A stretch of 56,495 bases of DNA, the filler included, from Stramenopiles sp. TOSAG23-6 (lineage: Eukaryota), in the NCBI GenBank assembly GCA_900128565.1. It is 4 parts of 4 records of this genome, joined end to end, with 100 filler letters (N's around TTAATTAATTAA, not from the genome) between each part and the next. Parts side by side here need not be neighbours in the genome. Positions count along the whole stretch, not along the records: positions 1 to 14,086 come from LT636148.1; positions 14,187 to 28,264 come from LT636149.1; 2 more parts are not named here. The stretch is one strand, 5' to 3'. Below, one piece after another: positions 9,261 through 19,538 of the stretch. A program made the position numbers and the translations under genes. Position 1 is the stretch's first letter. Each line of letters starts with the position of its first letter. The notes under the pieces were generated by a model. The model searched no databases, was not told the origin of the DNA, and saw only the letters and a list, made by a program, of their open reading frames with translations.

Positions 9261-12200
9261 ATGAGTATGAATAGTGAAAGTGGTTCCCTCTTTGAAGGTG
9301 GAGAAGATTCTTTATACACCTATGATGGGGATAGTTATGCTGACGAATATAATGATGATTCTAATAACGCAGATGATCTTGCGCTGATGGATTTAGGTGG
9401 TGGTATCGGTGTTTCTGATATATTTGGTACGGATATGGTAAAGAAGAAGAAACGTAAAAACAAACGGCGCTCTCTTTCAGATATAAAGGCAGAAGCTAGG
9501 CGCCGAGTGGAGCATAACGAAAGCAATCGTACTGTGCAGCTTACATCTTCTTTGAAAAAGGAGCGTCGAGAGACAGGAATATCTTCTACCGATGATGAAG
9601 ACGAGGAAGATAGAGAACGACAGGAATTACTGGCTCTTGAAGCTGAAGAGAAAAAACGTAAAATTGAGCTTGAAAACGAGGCAAAAAGAAAAGCTATGGA
9701 AGAAGAAAATGAAGCATCATTACAAAACACTCTTGGTTCACTTTCGTTATCTGAAACCGATTTTATTGTTAAAGCTAGTCAAGAACTCGTTGCTGATGGT
9801 AGGGATATAGATGAGAAGAACACCGACGACGTCGCAGATATACATGAAAATTCACCTGACGTGAAGGACACGTCATTTAATGCTAGTGGAACTGGTGGAG
9901 CAAGTCAATGGAGTGTTCGTGGGGGCTGTGGAGGAGGAGATGATAGTGGTTGGATGCTGTCAGATCAATTAAGTAATACAGGAGTTGTTCAACTAGGATC
10001 TCCTCAAGCAATTGAACTAGCAGAGTCCTCAGAATCAATAAGTGCTTCAAAAAATACGAATATGTCACCATCGGCTTCAACAAATCATTGGGATAATATG
10101 AAAGATGAAGGAGGATCAGATTCGAGTGATGATTTTGAGATTGATTCTGATAAAGAAAGTAAAGAAAAATTAACAAAAGATGATTTTGAGCTTGGTTCTG
10201 ATTCTGATAAAGAAAGTCTTAAACAACATACAATAGAAACATTAAAAACAGATACGATGGAATCAGTTGAATCTGAAAATGTTTCCTCACAGTCTCGTAA
10301 TACTGAAAATGATAAATANATTCAACACAGTGCTTCTGAAGATGGTGATGGATCTAATNTACATCAAAATCATGAATTCATGAAAAGTTTCACATCAGAG
10401 CAAAAAATGAAAATAGAATCATCAAATGATGATTTTTTTCATGAAAGTGAGTCAATGGACCTGACAACTGAAGGAAAGCAAGATATCACATTGAGTGCAC
10501 AGATCTTGAAACTTAATTCTGATATAGAAGAGGTAAATGATCCATTGAAGAAACACAAAGCTACAATGAGACAGGCTTGGGTTGAAAATAAAGAAGAATT
10601 AAAATCCCCAAAGAAGTCAAAGAAAGCAAAACGAATTGACATAAATTCTACCAAAAATGTAAAACGAAGAAAAAAAGTAAGACATCGAGGAAATAGTAAA
10701 AAACGAAGTATACGTAATAAATCAAATATTCGAAGGACCTCAAAAGAATACAGTACACATTCAATCCTCTCAAAGAAAAATGGGACAATAAAAGCAAACC
10801 AAAAAAAAAAAAAAAAAAATTTGAAATCGAGATCAAAAACAAAAACAAAAACAAAAAGCAGAGTAAACAGTCGGACACGACGTTCAAATCTAATTCCAAA
10901 AAGTGATGGTCGATCTCGACTTGCAGCCGTTCGTTCTTTGCAACCAAATGTATCCTACGACACAGATGTATGTTTTATTTTTATTTTTTTAAATTTGAAA
11001 TTGATTTTTTTTTCGTACGAAATTTTGTACCNAACAAATTTTTTTTTTATAGAAAATTTTTGAAATATTTTTCCAAAATACATGATGCAGCTGAAAAAGC
11101 TGAAAAAGAAGCATTTTGGTCCGCTATGCAGCAATCAATGTTATCGAGTCAGAAAAGCATGGAGGAAGCGAGTGATATATTACGTGGTAGTTCCCAAGAA
11201 GGATTTGGTACAATTATTTCCTCATTACAAGCTACTGTAGTTGCAAAAGAAAATGCCTTAGCTGCCGCTGAAGAAGCAATATTGTTACGCGATGGTGATG
11301 TGAGAAGACTAGAAGACGCGCTAGAACAAGCTACATCAAAAATCCAACAACAGGAATTGATTTTAAACGACGAAAAAAACTCATCCCAAATAACAGATGA
11401 ATCAAACCATAACCAAAAAGCAATAGAAGAAAAGACAAAATCTGAAATACAAAAGGAGATTATTGACTCTATAAGACTCACAGGAAACGAAACTGCAATT
11501 GAAAAAGTGAATCATTTAGAAAAAGAACTTGAACTTCAGGAGGTATTATTGAAAGGACTTCACACTGAAAATGAACGACTTGTTCAGAAAATGCGTGAAA
11601 ATGAAGAAAATTCGCGTTCTATGAGAGATGCAATGTTTCATGAAAGAAACAAACTCAATATTGAAGTAAATCAATTACGTAATGAAACTGGGACAAGTGA
11701 AACATTTAGGATGTCTCAACACGATTCTCCTGGCAGGGTCATGCATATTGCAAGTAATAGAAATGGTGAATTACTTCGACGAAATTTAGAATTAGAGACA
11801 TGTATTCAAGCAATGCGTGATGAGATGTCAGAACTGAGAGAACGTAGTGCAAGACGTCATGCAGAATTTCGTGAAGAAAGACGAATGTTAAAAGAAGAAC
11901 GACGACAATTGGAAGTTAAATTATCTGGTGTAAACGAAGATACAATAACTGCTATAAATAGTGAAGTAAAAGAACTTAGATCGAAACTTTCGATATCAGC
12001 AGCTCAGCATGCTGAAGAGGTGGCGATGCTTCAGGATAAAATTTCATTTCATGTTGAAAATGCAAAAATGGTTGATGAAAATAATGCCACAATTTCGAGG
12101 CAAGCTCAAGAAATTCGACAACTTCGTTCCCGAGTTCATTGTGATGAAGGTTTTGATCCAAATGTTGGGAATGGAAGTCGACATCGTCGTCGTCCTGGTA

Positions 12201-13344
12201 GTACATCAAATGGTAGAAATAATGTCAATGCAAAGCGAATTGCGTCATTAGAAAAGCAATTGAAGGAAGCCGAACAAGCGTTAGCGAGAAGATACCCAGA
12301 TTCTATTAGTAATTTAATACGAGCCGCTGGCCCATCTGAAGAGCAAAGGGATCAGCATACTCAACTTGTCGCAAAGGTCACAGAACTTCAAACTGAACTG
12401 GCAGATCGTAGTGACGCCGAGGAACGGAGATTACGTGCGTTGCGACAAGAGCATCATAAAGTGATCAACTTATTAGAGAAGAGATTAGAACGCCAAGAAC
12501 TTGCCGCTTCTGTGAATAATGTAGTACATCCAGGAAAGACGACTATAAAATCAAATAAAAGTCGAGTACGTGGAAAGTTTTCGAGAAATTCTGGGCACAA
12601 TGGTCCTGTATCCAAAGAGGATGAATTAGATCATGAGTTGGAGAGAGTGAGAACATTTTGGAAATCGAAAGTAGAATCACTTCAAAAACAGTTAGCTGCT
12701 GCTGGAGATAAATCTCGAAATAATGTTAATCATGCGATTGAAAATGATCAAAGGCAAAGTAATATAAATGTCACAAATAACAATGGACAAGAAAACTGTA
12801 TCCCACAAAGTGATATTAATGCTGCGACACAGAGAGCAATTAGTGCAGAAGCAGAAGTTAAACGTCTTTCAATTTTGTTAGAAAAAGGAGAATCAAATAT
12901 AATTTTCACAAACACGATGGAAAATACCTCAAAAATAAATTCTTCACAAAATGACGTTGTACAAACTGCACAAACAAAATCGTTCGATTCTGTACGTAAT
13001 ACATCGATACCTTTAACAATACACCAAGAAGCAATTCAAAAATTAGAAAGCCGATTAGCTGATAGTGAAAAATTACAACGGGAACTTTTGTCAGATTTGG
13101 CCGTATGTTTTATTTTTTTTTTAACAAAAAAATCGAATTTATTTTTCATACGAAATGTTGTACCTAACAAATTTAAGTTTTTTTTTTTTTGAAATATTTT
13201 TCCAAAATACATGAGAGGACCACAAATGAACAAGAACAGCTTTTGAGAATTAGAGCAGAACATAAACTAGAGCTTACTGAAGCAACAACGAAGCAAAATA
13301 AACAGTGGGCCTCTGCCCTTGCGGAATCAGAGAAAAAAACAGAT
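9261..13344 (+). CDS. CEP162: Centrosomal protein CEP162-like coiled-coil protein; exons 9261-10967, 11084-13102, 13213-13344; a further exon 13436-13615 is possible
   Basis: Motifs I recall from CEP162/QN1: LQEVLLKGLHTENERL, LQDKISFHVENAKMVD, IASLEKQLKEAEQALARRYPDSISNLIRAA. Frames join across the repeated introns. Confidence 0.7.
10968..11083 (+). mobile_element. Introner-like intron, GT...AT
   Basis: at|GTATGTTTTA...ttcgtacgaaattttgtacc(n)aac...ttccaaaataCAT|gat; in frame YDTD|DAAE; first downstream AG (+7) is out of frame. Confidence 0.85.
13103..13212 (+). mobile_element. Introner-like intron, GT...AT (in-frame AG at +3 possible)
   Basis: cc|GTATGT...gtacctaac...tccaaaataCAT|gag agg; gives SDLA|ERTTNEQEQLL. 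Confidence 0.8.
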
Positions 13345-13435
13345 GTACATTCTTCATATTGAATTTTATATTTGTTTTTGTAGATAATTTTGTACCTAAC
13401 AAAAATTTAAAATTTTTTGAAATATAAATTCACAT
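13345..13435 (+). mobile_element. Introner-like intron, tentative GT...AT
   Basis: at|GTACATTC...ttttgtacctaac...tgaaatataaattcaCAT; the downstream frame is open to TAA at 13615 but has no recognisable homology. Confidence 0.5.
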
Positions 13436-14186
13436 TTTTTTCATTTGGAAAAATTTCTACAATTAATAGATAAAGACATGCAAAAAGAGTCCGTTCAATC
13501 AATTTTTAATCGCAATTTTCCACGTGTTATTTGTGAACCAGCAAATTTTTCCAGATATTCATTAAAAGATAAAAAAGACTCTTTCTCGGGAGGGGGAGGA
13601 AATCTTTGTGCATAATACATACATAGGCAATTGTATGTACTATATTAAATATTTGGCAATTAAAAAAAATATATTTTTTGAAAAAACATTAAATTTTTTT
13701 TTTTTTTTTTTGAAAAAAATCAAAACAAATTTAGGGTTTTACTTTAATTTTTAATGTTATCTCTCTCTCTCTTTCTCTCTCACTAAATGATTTACAAATG
13801 AAAAACTTGAAAAAAGTATAAATAATCTTCGGTACCAGACAAATTGAGAATAATGCGATCGCATTGAACACCAAATTGTATACAAATTACCCGTAGTAAA
13901 TATCATAGTATTAGGGTTAGGGTTAATATTTTGTAGGTGTGTAGTCAATATATCAAATACTCCTGAATATATTGTGAAAAATAGCCCAAATGTTTTGTTA
14001 TTTTGTTTGTTAGGTATAATTTTTTTTTTGTTTCAAAAAAAAAAAAAAAAAAAAATCAGAAAAAAAATAAAAAAAAAAAAAAAAAANNNNNNNNNNNNNN
14101 NNNNNNNNNNNNNNNNNNNNNNNNNNNNNNTTAATTAATTAANNNNNNNNNNNNNNNNNNNNNNNNNNNNNNNNNNNNNNNNNNNN

Positions 14187-14240
14187 GTACAAAATTTCGT
14201 ACGAAAAAAAAACTCGAATTTGAAAAAAAATAAAACATAC
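14187..14240 (-). mobile_element. 5' half of introner-like intron, truncated by gap
   Basis: Minus strand GTATGTTTTATTTTTTTTCAAATTCGAG...TTCGTACGAAATTTTGTAC then N. Confidence 0.75.
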
Positions 14241-14678
14241 AGAAAAAAGTTCTATGGAGATATCTGAATTGTTTGGTGGTTTATCTTCAGAGGAGATGGC
14301 AGGGAAAGAAATATTATCTTCACTTTTATCTGTATATATGCCTGATCTTCCAAATTTTCGAGACATCTCAACTTTTGATGGCTGAGTTTCAAAAAATGTC
14401 CCTTCCAACGTTTTGTCCAAAGTTTTCCCTGAAGATTCTCTTTGATCACTATTATATTTTTTATGTTTAGACTGAGTCTTTGTGTCGATAGAATCCATAA
14501 AGTTTCCATAAAATGATCCACGAAGTGGTACGCTATCTGCAAAAGTCATTGAACTCGTAAACTCGTCAGAATCGGATTCCCACAACTCCTCAGCAAACAT
14601 ATCACTACCATAACGCATACGTGAAGCATTGTTATTTATGCTGCCGATATCAGATCTATTATTTTCTTGTGTACTCAT
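14241..14678 (-). CDS. First exon of an uncharacterised protein (3' part lost in gap)
   Basis: ATG at 14678, open to an element donor (tct|GTATGT, 14240); the element runs into N gap at 14186. Confidence 0.55.
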
Positions 14679-15090
14679 CAACAACGCGATAATTGTTATG
14701 GCTAAAACGACAGAGACAAAAAGGTAAACTATGAAATATTAATTTGAACGAAAATCTACATCCATTTGTTTGAAGTCTTTTCTAATTCAAAAAACAATAA
14801 TCATTTCCTACTAATATAATTTCTTTCATTTGAAATAAGAATCTCGGGAAAAAATCAATCCATCAAAATCGTCAATTTTATTCGCGGTCAAATTTAAAAA
14901 AAAAAAAAAAAAAANAAAAAACATTTCGTGTTTTATTGTTTTTTTTAATTGAATACTGAATATTGAATATTCGTCTGATGAATTATTATTGTCTGAACTA
15001 TTTGGAAAGCATCGACTGGTCAAAGTTGCATTACTCCAATAGCTACTCTGAGATATTTAATCCGAAAGCGTTTCTCGATTGTGCATACAG

Positions 15091-15455
15091 CTATGAAACA
15101 GGTTGTGGTGCATCTTCAATTTTAGCTGTCGGCATTGCACCATTCTCTTTTTCTCCACCTGCTTCCTGCATAAGGTCCGCAATAGATTTTTCCAAATCGT
15201 CAATACGTCCACCCATTTCATCTATTCGTCCAATAATAGTCTCTGACATGTTTGTAAAACGAGACTGCATCTGTTGAAGTAAGCTTTGCACCTGTAAACA
15301 AAACAATAAGAAGGGGGTTAATTAGTTAGTTATATCAGTTTTGCAACTGAAGTAAAGTGTGGAAATAGCATAGAAAGAACACTTACGAAAACTGTCAAAT
15401 CTTCTTCATTTTCAACACCTCCTTCAGTAGGAACCTGGCCCCCATTCTTTGCCAT
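15091..15455 (-). CDS. HSBP1: Heat shock factor binding protein 1; exons 15455-15387 and 15291-15091
   Basis: [50 protein letters not shown] is the HSBP1 signature. Confidence 0.9.
15292..15386 (-). other. Canonical GT-AG spliceosomal intron unrelated to the repeat family
   Basis: GTAAGT...actaactaat...tttaCAG, phase 0, restores HSBP1; lacks the cgtacgaaattttgtacc core. Confidence 0.88.
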
Positions 15456-15835
15456 CCTATGATTGATTTATTGTACGTAATCCAAAACAATTTTATCAAT
15501 ATAGCTCGAACTACAAGGTCTCGTGACTCTCTCGTCCGTCAAGCTGGAGAGAAGATTGATCGATTGCGATTTGATTGCTTGCGATAAGCGGAGTTTTTTT
15601 TAAGTACAACTTTTTGTACTAAATTATTTTTAGTACAACTTTTTGTACTAAAAAAAAATTGACCTCCAGGGAAGTCTTCTTTGCTCCTTACGTCGTAGTC
15701 TTTGAAATATTTTGAACAAAAATACAGAAGACATTCATCAATTGATCAGAGCCGCTGTCAAAATTTGCGTCAATAGTGCAGCAGATAATTCCGGGACATT
15801 TTGAGTCATAATTCCCTTTACTACATACATATAAA

Positions 15836-16918
15836 ATGACAATACAGAATGATGCTACTACGAGTAGTTCGCGTATAGAGAGTAAGCGAGAACGTAATCG
15901 CTTGTTTCAAAATAGCAAAAATCGACGTACCATGAGTGTACAGTCTGATAAACAGAAACGGTTAACTGAGCAAAGTGCGAGTTATATATCATCTGCAATA
16001 ATTATGGGCAATATATACCGTGCAGTTATGGAAGATTGTAGTGATAATACTATTTATTTTGTGGAATATGAGTCTCAAAAGATATATGCAGATTTATCTC
16101 TGGGGTCTCAAACAGAGTTAGAGTGCTTATTGAGTTTCTGTCCTTTTATCTCAGAAATGAAAGGTTGTTTAATTGATAAACCTATGTACCGTATTGAATT
16201 TACCAATAGCCAAACTGTTAGACGATTTAAACGAGGGTTATGCAAATCTACTTTTGAGACATTTACAGAACCTTGCGTAAATCTTTGTTTTTCTCCTCTA
16301 AGAGTCCGTCTCTCCTCTGAGCTCGTACCCTTCACAAAAACTGGTGTAAGACTTGTGATACTAGTTGATGGGAAATATGGTGCCATACAAGATAGCACTC
16401 TTAAAAAAATAGTAAAGGCATGCAATTTATGTATTGTTCAACAAAATGAAACAAATGTTCCACAAGAAGTTTTGTCCATTCGAAAAAACTCAGAAGAAAA
16501 ACACGAAAAACACCATGAAAGTTTATTTGATTTTGACAAACAGAAAAGGAAAAGCTCAAAGATTATCATTCGTCAAAAATATTTGCGTAAATTTCGTGAC
16601 TTTTGCATCTTTCGTACTCAAATAAAACAAAAACAACAGAATAAAATAACTACAAATCGCTCAAATTCATTAGGTACGGAATTTGGTACAAAAAAAAATA
16701 TTTTTTTCAAAACGAAAAATAGCGATACACTACATAGACTTTTACAAAATTTGTTAGATTCTGCAAATAATGAAAGTAGAACGACGATAACTACAAAATG
16801 TCGTACGAAATTTAATGTTATGCATGTCAACGAAGATCGCGGGGAGAGTGAACAGAAGGGGGATAACCCTAACCCTACAAGTACTCTAACACAACAATTG
16901 TATGATCTACGTGTATGA
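15836..16918 (+). CDS. Hypothetical protein; 3' part contains antisense relics of the intron element
   Basis: 360-aa ATG ORF with no recognisable domain. Confidence 0.5.
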   Translation: MTIQNDATTSSSRIESKRERNRLFQNSKNRRTMSVQSDKQKRLTEQSASYISSAIIMGNIYRAVMEDCSDNTIYFVEYESQKIYADLSLGSQTELECLLSFCPFISEMKGCLIDKPMYRIEFTNSQTVRRFKRGLCKSTFETFTEPCVNLCFSPLRVRLSSELVPFTKTGVRLVILVDGKYGAIQDSTLKKIVKACNLCIVQQNETNVPQEVLSIRKNSEEKHEKHHESLFDFDKQKRKSSKIIIRQKYLRKFRDFCIFRTQIKQKQQNKITTNRSNSLGTEFGTKKNIFFKTKNSDTLHRLLQNLLDSANNESRTTITTKCRTKFNVMHVNEDRGESEQKGDNPNPTSTLTQQLYDLRV

Positions 16919-17073
16919 TGAAAAATAAAAAAAAATATTTCGTGTCAAAAAAACTGAAACGTTTTTTAGTACTGACAGATAGTACATTTCCTTTACCTCT
17001 AGTTAGCACTTACCTCACTTACTGCTCACAAAGTTCTCATAGACAACCTCTAGCGAATATCATTTGTATTAAA

Positions 17074-17829
17074 ATGGCAAGCAATCAAATTTCCGGACTT
17101 TTGCAAGGACTCACTCCTCTAGATGAGTTAGGAACTGCTCGGGACAACTTCGCCCAAGTCATCAAACAAATGAAAAATACAAGAAAAGAACGCGTTTTAA
17201 TTAAAAATGATTGTACCCTCTTAGAAAACCGTATCAAGATATTAAAGCTAGAAGAACAACGTGCTTGGGCTCGAATTCAAAAATCTAGAGCCAGGGCTAA
17301 AAAAATCCTTTTAATACGTCAACAGCAGGCGTACGAGGGTGACGTTAGAGCTGCTGAACTAGACTTGGAAAAACGTGCAAAAAGAGCAAATAAAATGACT
17401 CTTCAAAAACATCGCGAAGTGTTAAAAGCTCAAATTGCTGCTAATCGAGAAAAGGCAAAGCTTGCAAAGAGACTTCATGTTCAAAATTTAAAAAATGAAA
17501 AAGCTAAATTACAACGAGAAATTGAGTTAGAAAAGCAAGAAGCTCTGAAGCATGCAAAAGGTAACAACGCCCGAATCCGTGATGAGGAACGCGTGAGACG
17601 TGAAAAGTTAGCATCGCGTAAAGCAGAGAAAATCAGAACAGTACAAGAACAGTACGAAGATAGACTGAGACAAGAAGAAGCTCAAAGAAGAGGTGAAGAA
17701 TTATCATTACAGAAACTCGAAGAAGAAGAATTGGAATTAATACAACGGTTACAAAGTACACAGCAATTTGCCACCAGTCAGTCTAAAATTTTTGATGTGA
17801 CATCGGCACCAGGGAGTGTCGCTAGATAA
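17074..17829 (+). CDS. Charged coiled-coil protein
   Basis: E/K/R/Q-rich helical ORF (LLENRIKILKLEEQRAWARIQKSR...); first plausible ATG 17074. Confidence 0.7.
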   Translation: MASNQISGLLQGLTPLDELGTARDNFAQVIKQMKNTRKERVLIKNDCTLLENRIKILKLEEQRAWARIQKSRARAKKILLIRQQQAYEGDVRAAELDLEKRAKRANKMTLQKHREVLKAQIAANREKAKLAKRLHVQNLKNEKAKLQREIELEKQEALKHAKGNNARIRDEERVRREKLASRKAEKIRTVQEQYEDRLRQEEAQRRGEELSLQKLEEEELELIQRLQSTQQFATSQSKIFDVTSAPGSVAR

Positions 17830-18094
17830 AGCATTCATACTATAGTACTTTGGTCTATTTATCATAACATAATATATTCTCTAGGTTATTTTATATCTTT
17901 AATTATGAATTAAATTTTATATGTAACAGCATATCTCAAATGGAATCTTATTTTTTGATTTTTGACTTTTGAGACGTGTTGGGACTTTTTCATACGAAAT
18001 TTTGTACGTAACTAACAAAAACATCAAATGTTTGAAATATTTTTGTAGAGACTTTTGAGTCAGAGTATTTCATCTACATTGCCGTAAAAATTAT

Positions 18095-19171
18095 TCATAC
18101 GAATGGATGTTTTCGTTTTCTCTCCATCTGAACTGTCTCGTCCGGAATTGTTTCTACTACAGTGTCTCGATTAAGGCTAATTTTTTCTGCATCATTGTCT
18201 TCCTGAGTTGAAATAGTATTAGGGTTAGGGTTAATAGAAATATTTTTGTCAGTTTCAACAACAATAGATTCTTCATCAACACTTTCAAGAGAATTTTCTC
18301 TCAAATATAAATCATTTCTAATCTCTTCTCTATCTGGAACAGGGAATAATTCACATAACTCGTCATGATTTAACCCATCATAAAGTTCATGCGGCTTATC
18401 ATCTCTAACATATTTCCAATGAGTCTCTAAATCATAAAACTTTCTACCGACCGGATCAAAAATATGAACTATTACTGGGCCGCAATCAACAATCATCCAA
18501 TCATCACAATCTCTACCCTCTATTTGTGGTTTCAGTTTCCATAATTTACGTCTCTTTTGTACTTGCACAAGCATATCTCCCATTTTACGCATGTGAGCTT
18601 GTGAATGGCCAGTGACGAAAACCATATGAGAAGCAATGTCAGAGCGACCTGTGAGGTCTATTGATCGGAAATCGATTCCTTTCACGGCTTCAAGTCCATT
18701 CATGATTTCATCTAATGTGAGATATTTATTCTCGTACTCAGCAGTATGTGGAATAGGAAGTGAAAGAGATGCATCAGTTGAAGGTGGTAAGAAGTCAATC
18801 ATAGACAAGTCAGCATTGGAGAAGTCATTTTCTACAGGGACCTTGCGTGAACGAGGGACTGGAGGTGCAGTTGAGCGTTTTTGAGGGCCCAACATTAACT
18901 TCCATTCATCATACGCACTGGCAGCCTCAAAATCATTGTTAAAAGTACCAATGTGAAATGTTTCACTGCCTATTGTTATGGTAGCCTCCCAGCGTCCATT
19001 GGGCAGTTCAACGACTCCTGGACGAGAACCTTGGTCAAATTTATTCCATTTTGAAATCGGTACTGATGAAAACGTCCTAATTGCTTCTTTGTATTGACGT
19101 TGAACAGTACATGCTTTGCGGCGGATAACGGTGTGAGCCATGCCAACATGGCGAAAAATATTTATAATCAT
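18095..19171 (-). CDS. RsfS/Iojap/MALSU1 ribosome silencing factor with N-terminal AP2-like domain, probably mitochondrial
   Basis: RsfS: HMVFVTGHSQAHMRKM...IEGRDCDDWMIVDCGPVIVHIFDPVGRKFYDLETHW. AP2-like: PGVVELPNGRWEATITIGSETFHIGTFNNDFEAASAYD. Basic, acid-poor N-terminus. Confidence 0.85.
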   Translation of the reverse strand: MIINIFRHVGMAHTVIRRKACTVQRQYKEAIRTFSSVPISKWNKFDQGSRPGVVELPNGRWEATITIGSETFHIGTFNNDFEAASAYDEWKLMLGPQKRSTAPPVPRSRKVPVENDFSNADLSMIDFLPPSTDASLSLPIPHTAEYENKYLTLDEIMNGLEAVKGIDFRSIDLTGRSDIASHMVFVTGHSQAHMRKMGDMLVQVQKRRKLWKLKPQIEGRDCDDWMIVDCGPVIVHIFDPVGRKFYDLETHWKYVRDDKPHELYDGLNHDELCELFPVPDREEIRNDLYLRENSLESVDEESIVVETDKNISINPNPNTISTQEDNDAEKISLNRDTVVETIPDETVQMERKRKHPFV

Positions 19172-19538
19172 GCTCACTTGTATTTATCGTAGTATCGTAT
19201 CGTAGTACGATCGTAGTACGATAAATTTCGAACTGACTCTGAATCATTCCTGTGAAAAAAAAATGGGTACCGGGTATCAAAAATTACAACATAACAGTCA
19301 TTATGCAAAATTTCGTTTGAAATTATTTTAATTTGTTTAATTTGTTTATCTCTTATACTTATACTTTGGCAAATTAAATAAACCGGAATGTTTTTTCTGT
19401 CATGAAATATCTTCAGATAAAGCGAAATTTTGGAATGGGCGTTAGAGGCTTCGTGTTTGAAAATTTTATGAAAATTTGGATTTAAAATGATTTTTATATT
19501 TATTTAAAAGGTGTCAATATAAACAATATTAATCTCCA

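Noticed and set aside
10966-11081. Reading the introns as U12-type AT-AC (shift both ends by 2 nt)
   Set aside because: Gives the same mRNA only where the exon ends in AT; 7 of 21 donors do not (cc, gg, tg, gt, gt, ct, tt). The U12 ATATCCT donor and TCCTTAAC branch are absent, and AG-ending copies fix the GT register.
14131-14142. TTAATTAATTAA flanked by N runs (also 28309-28320 and 42464-42475)
   Set aside because: Identical six-frame-stop linker between N blocks: an artificial contig spacer. Gene adjacency across these points is not reliable.
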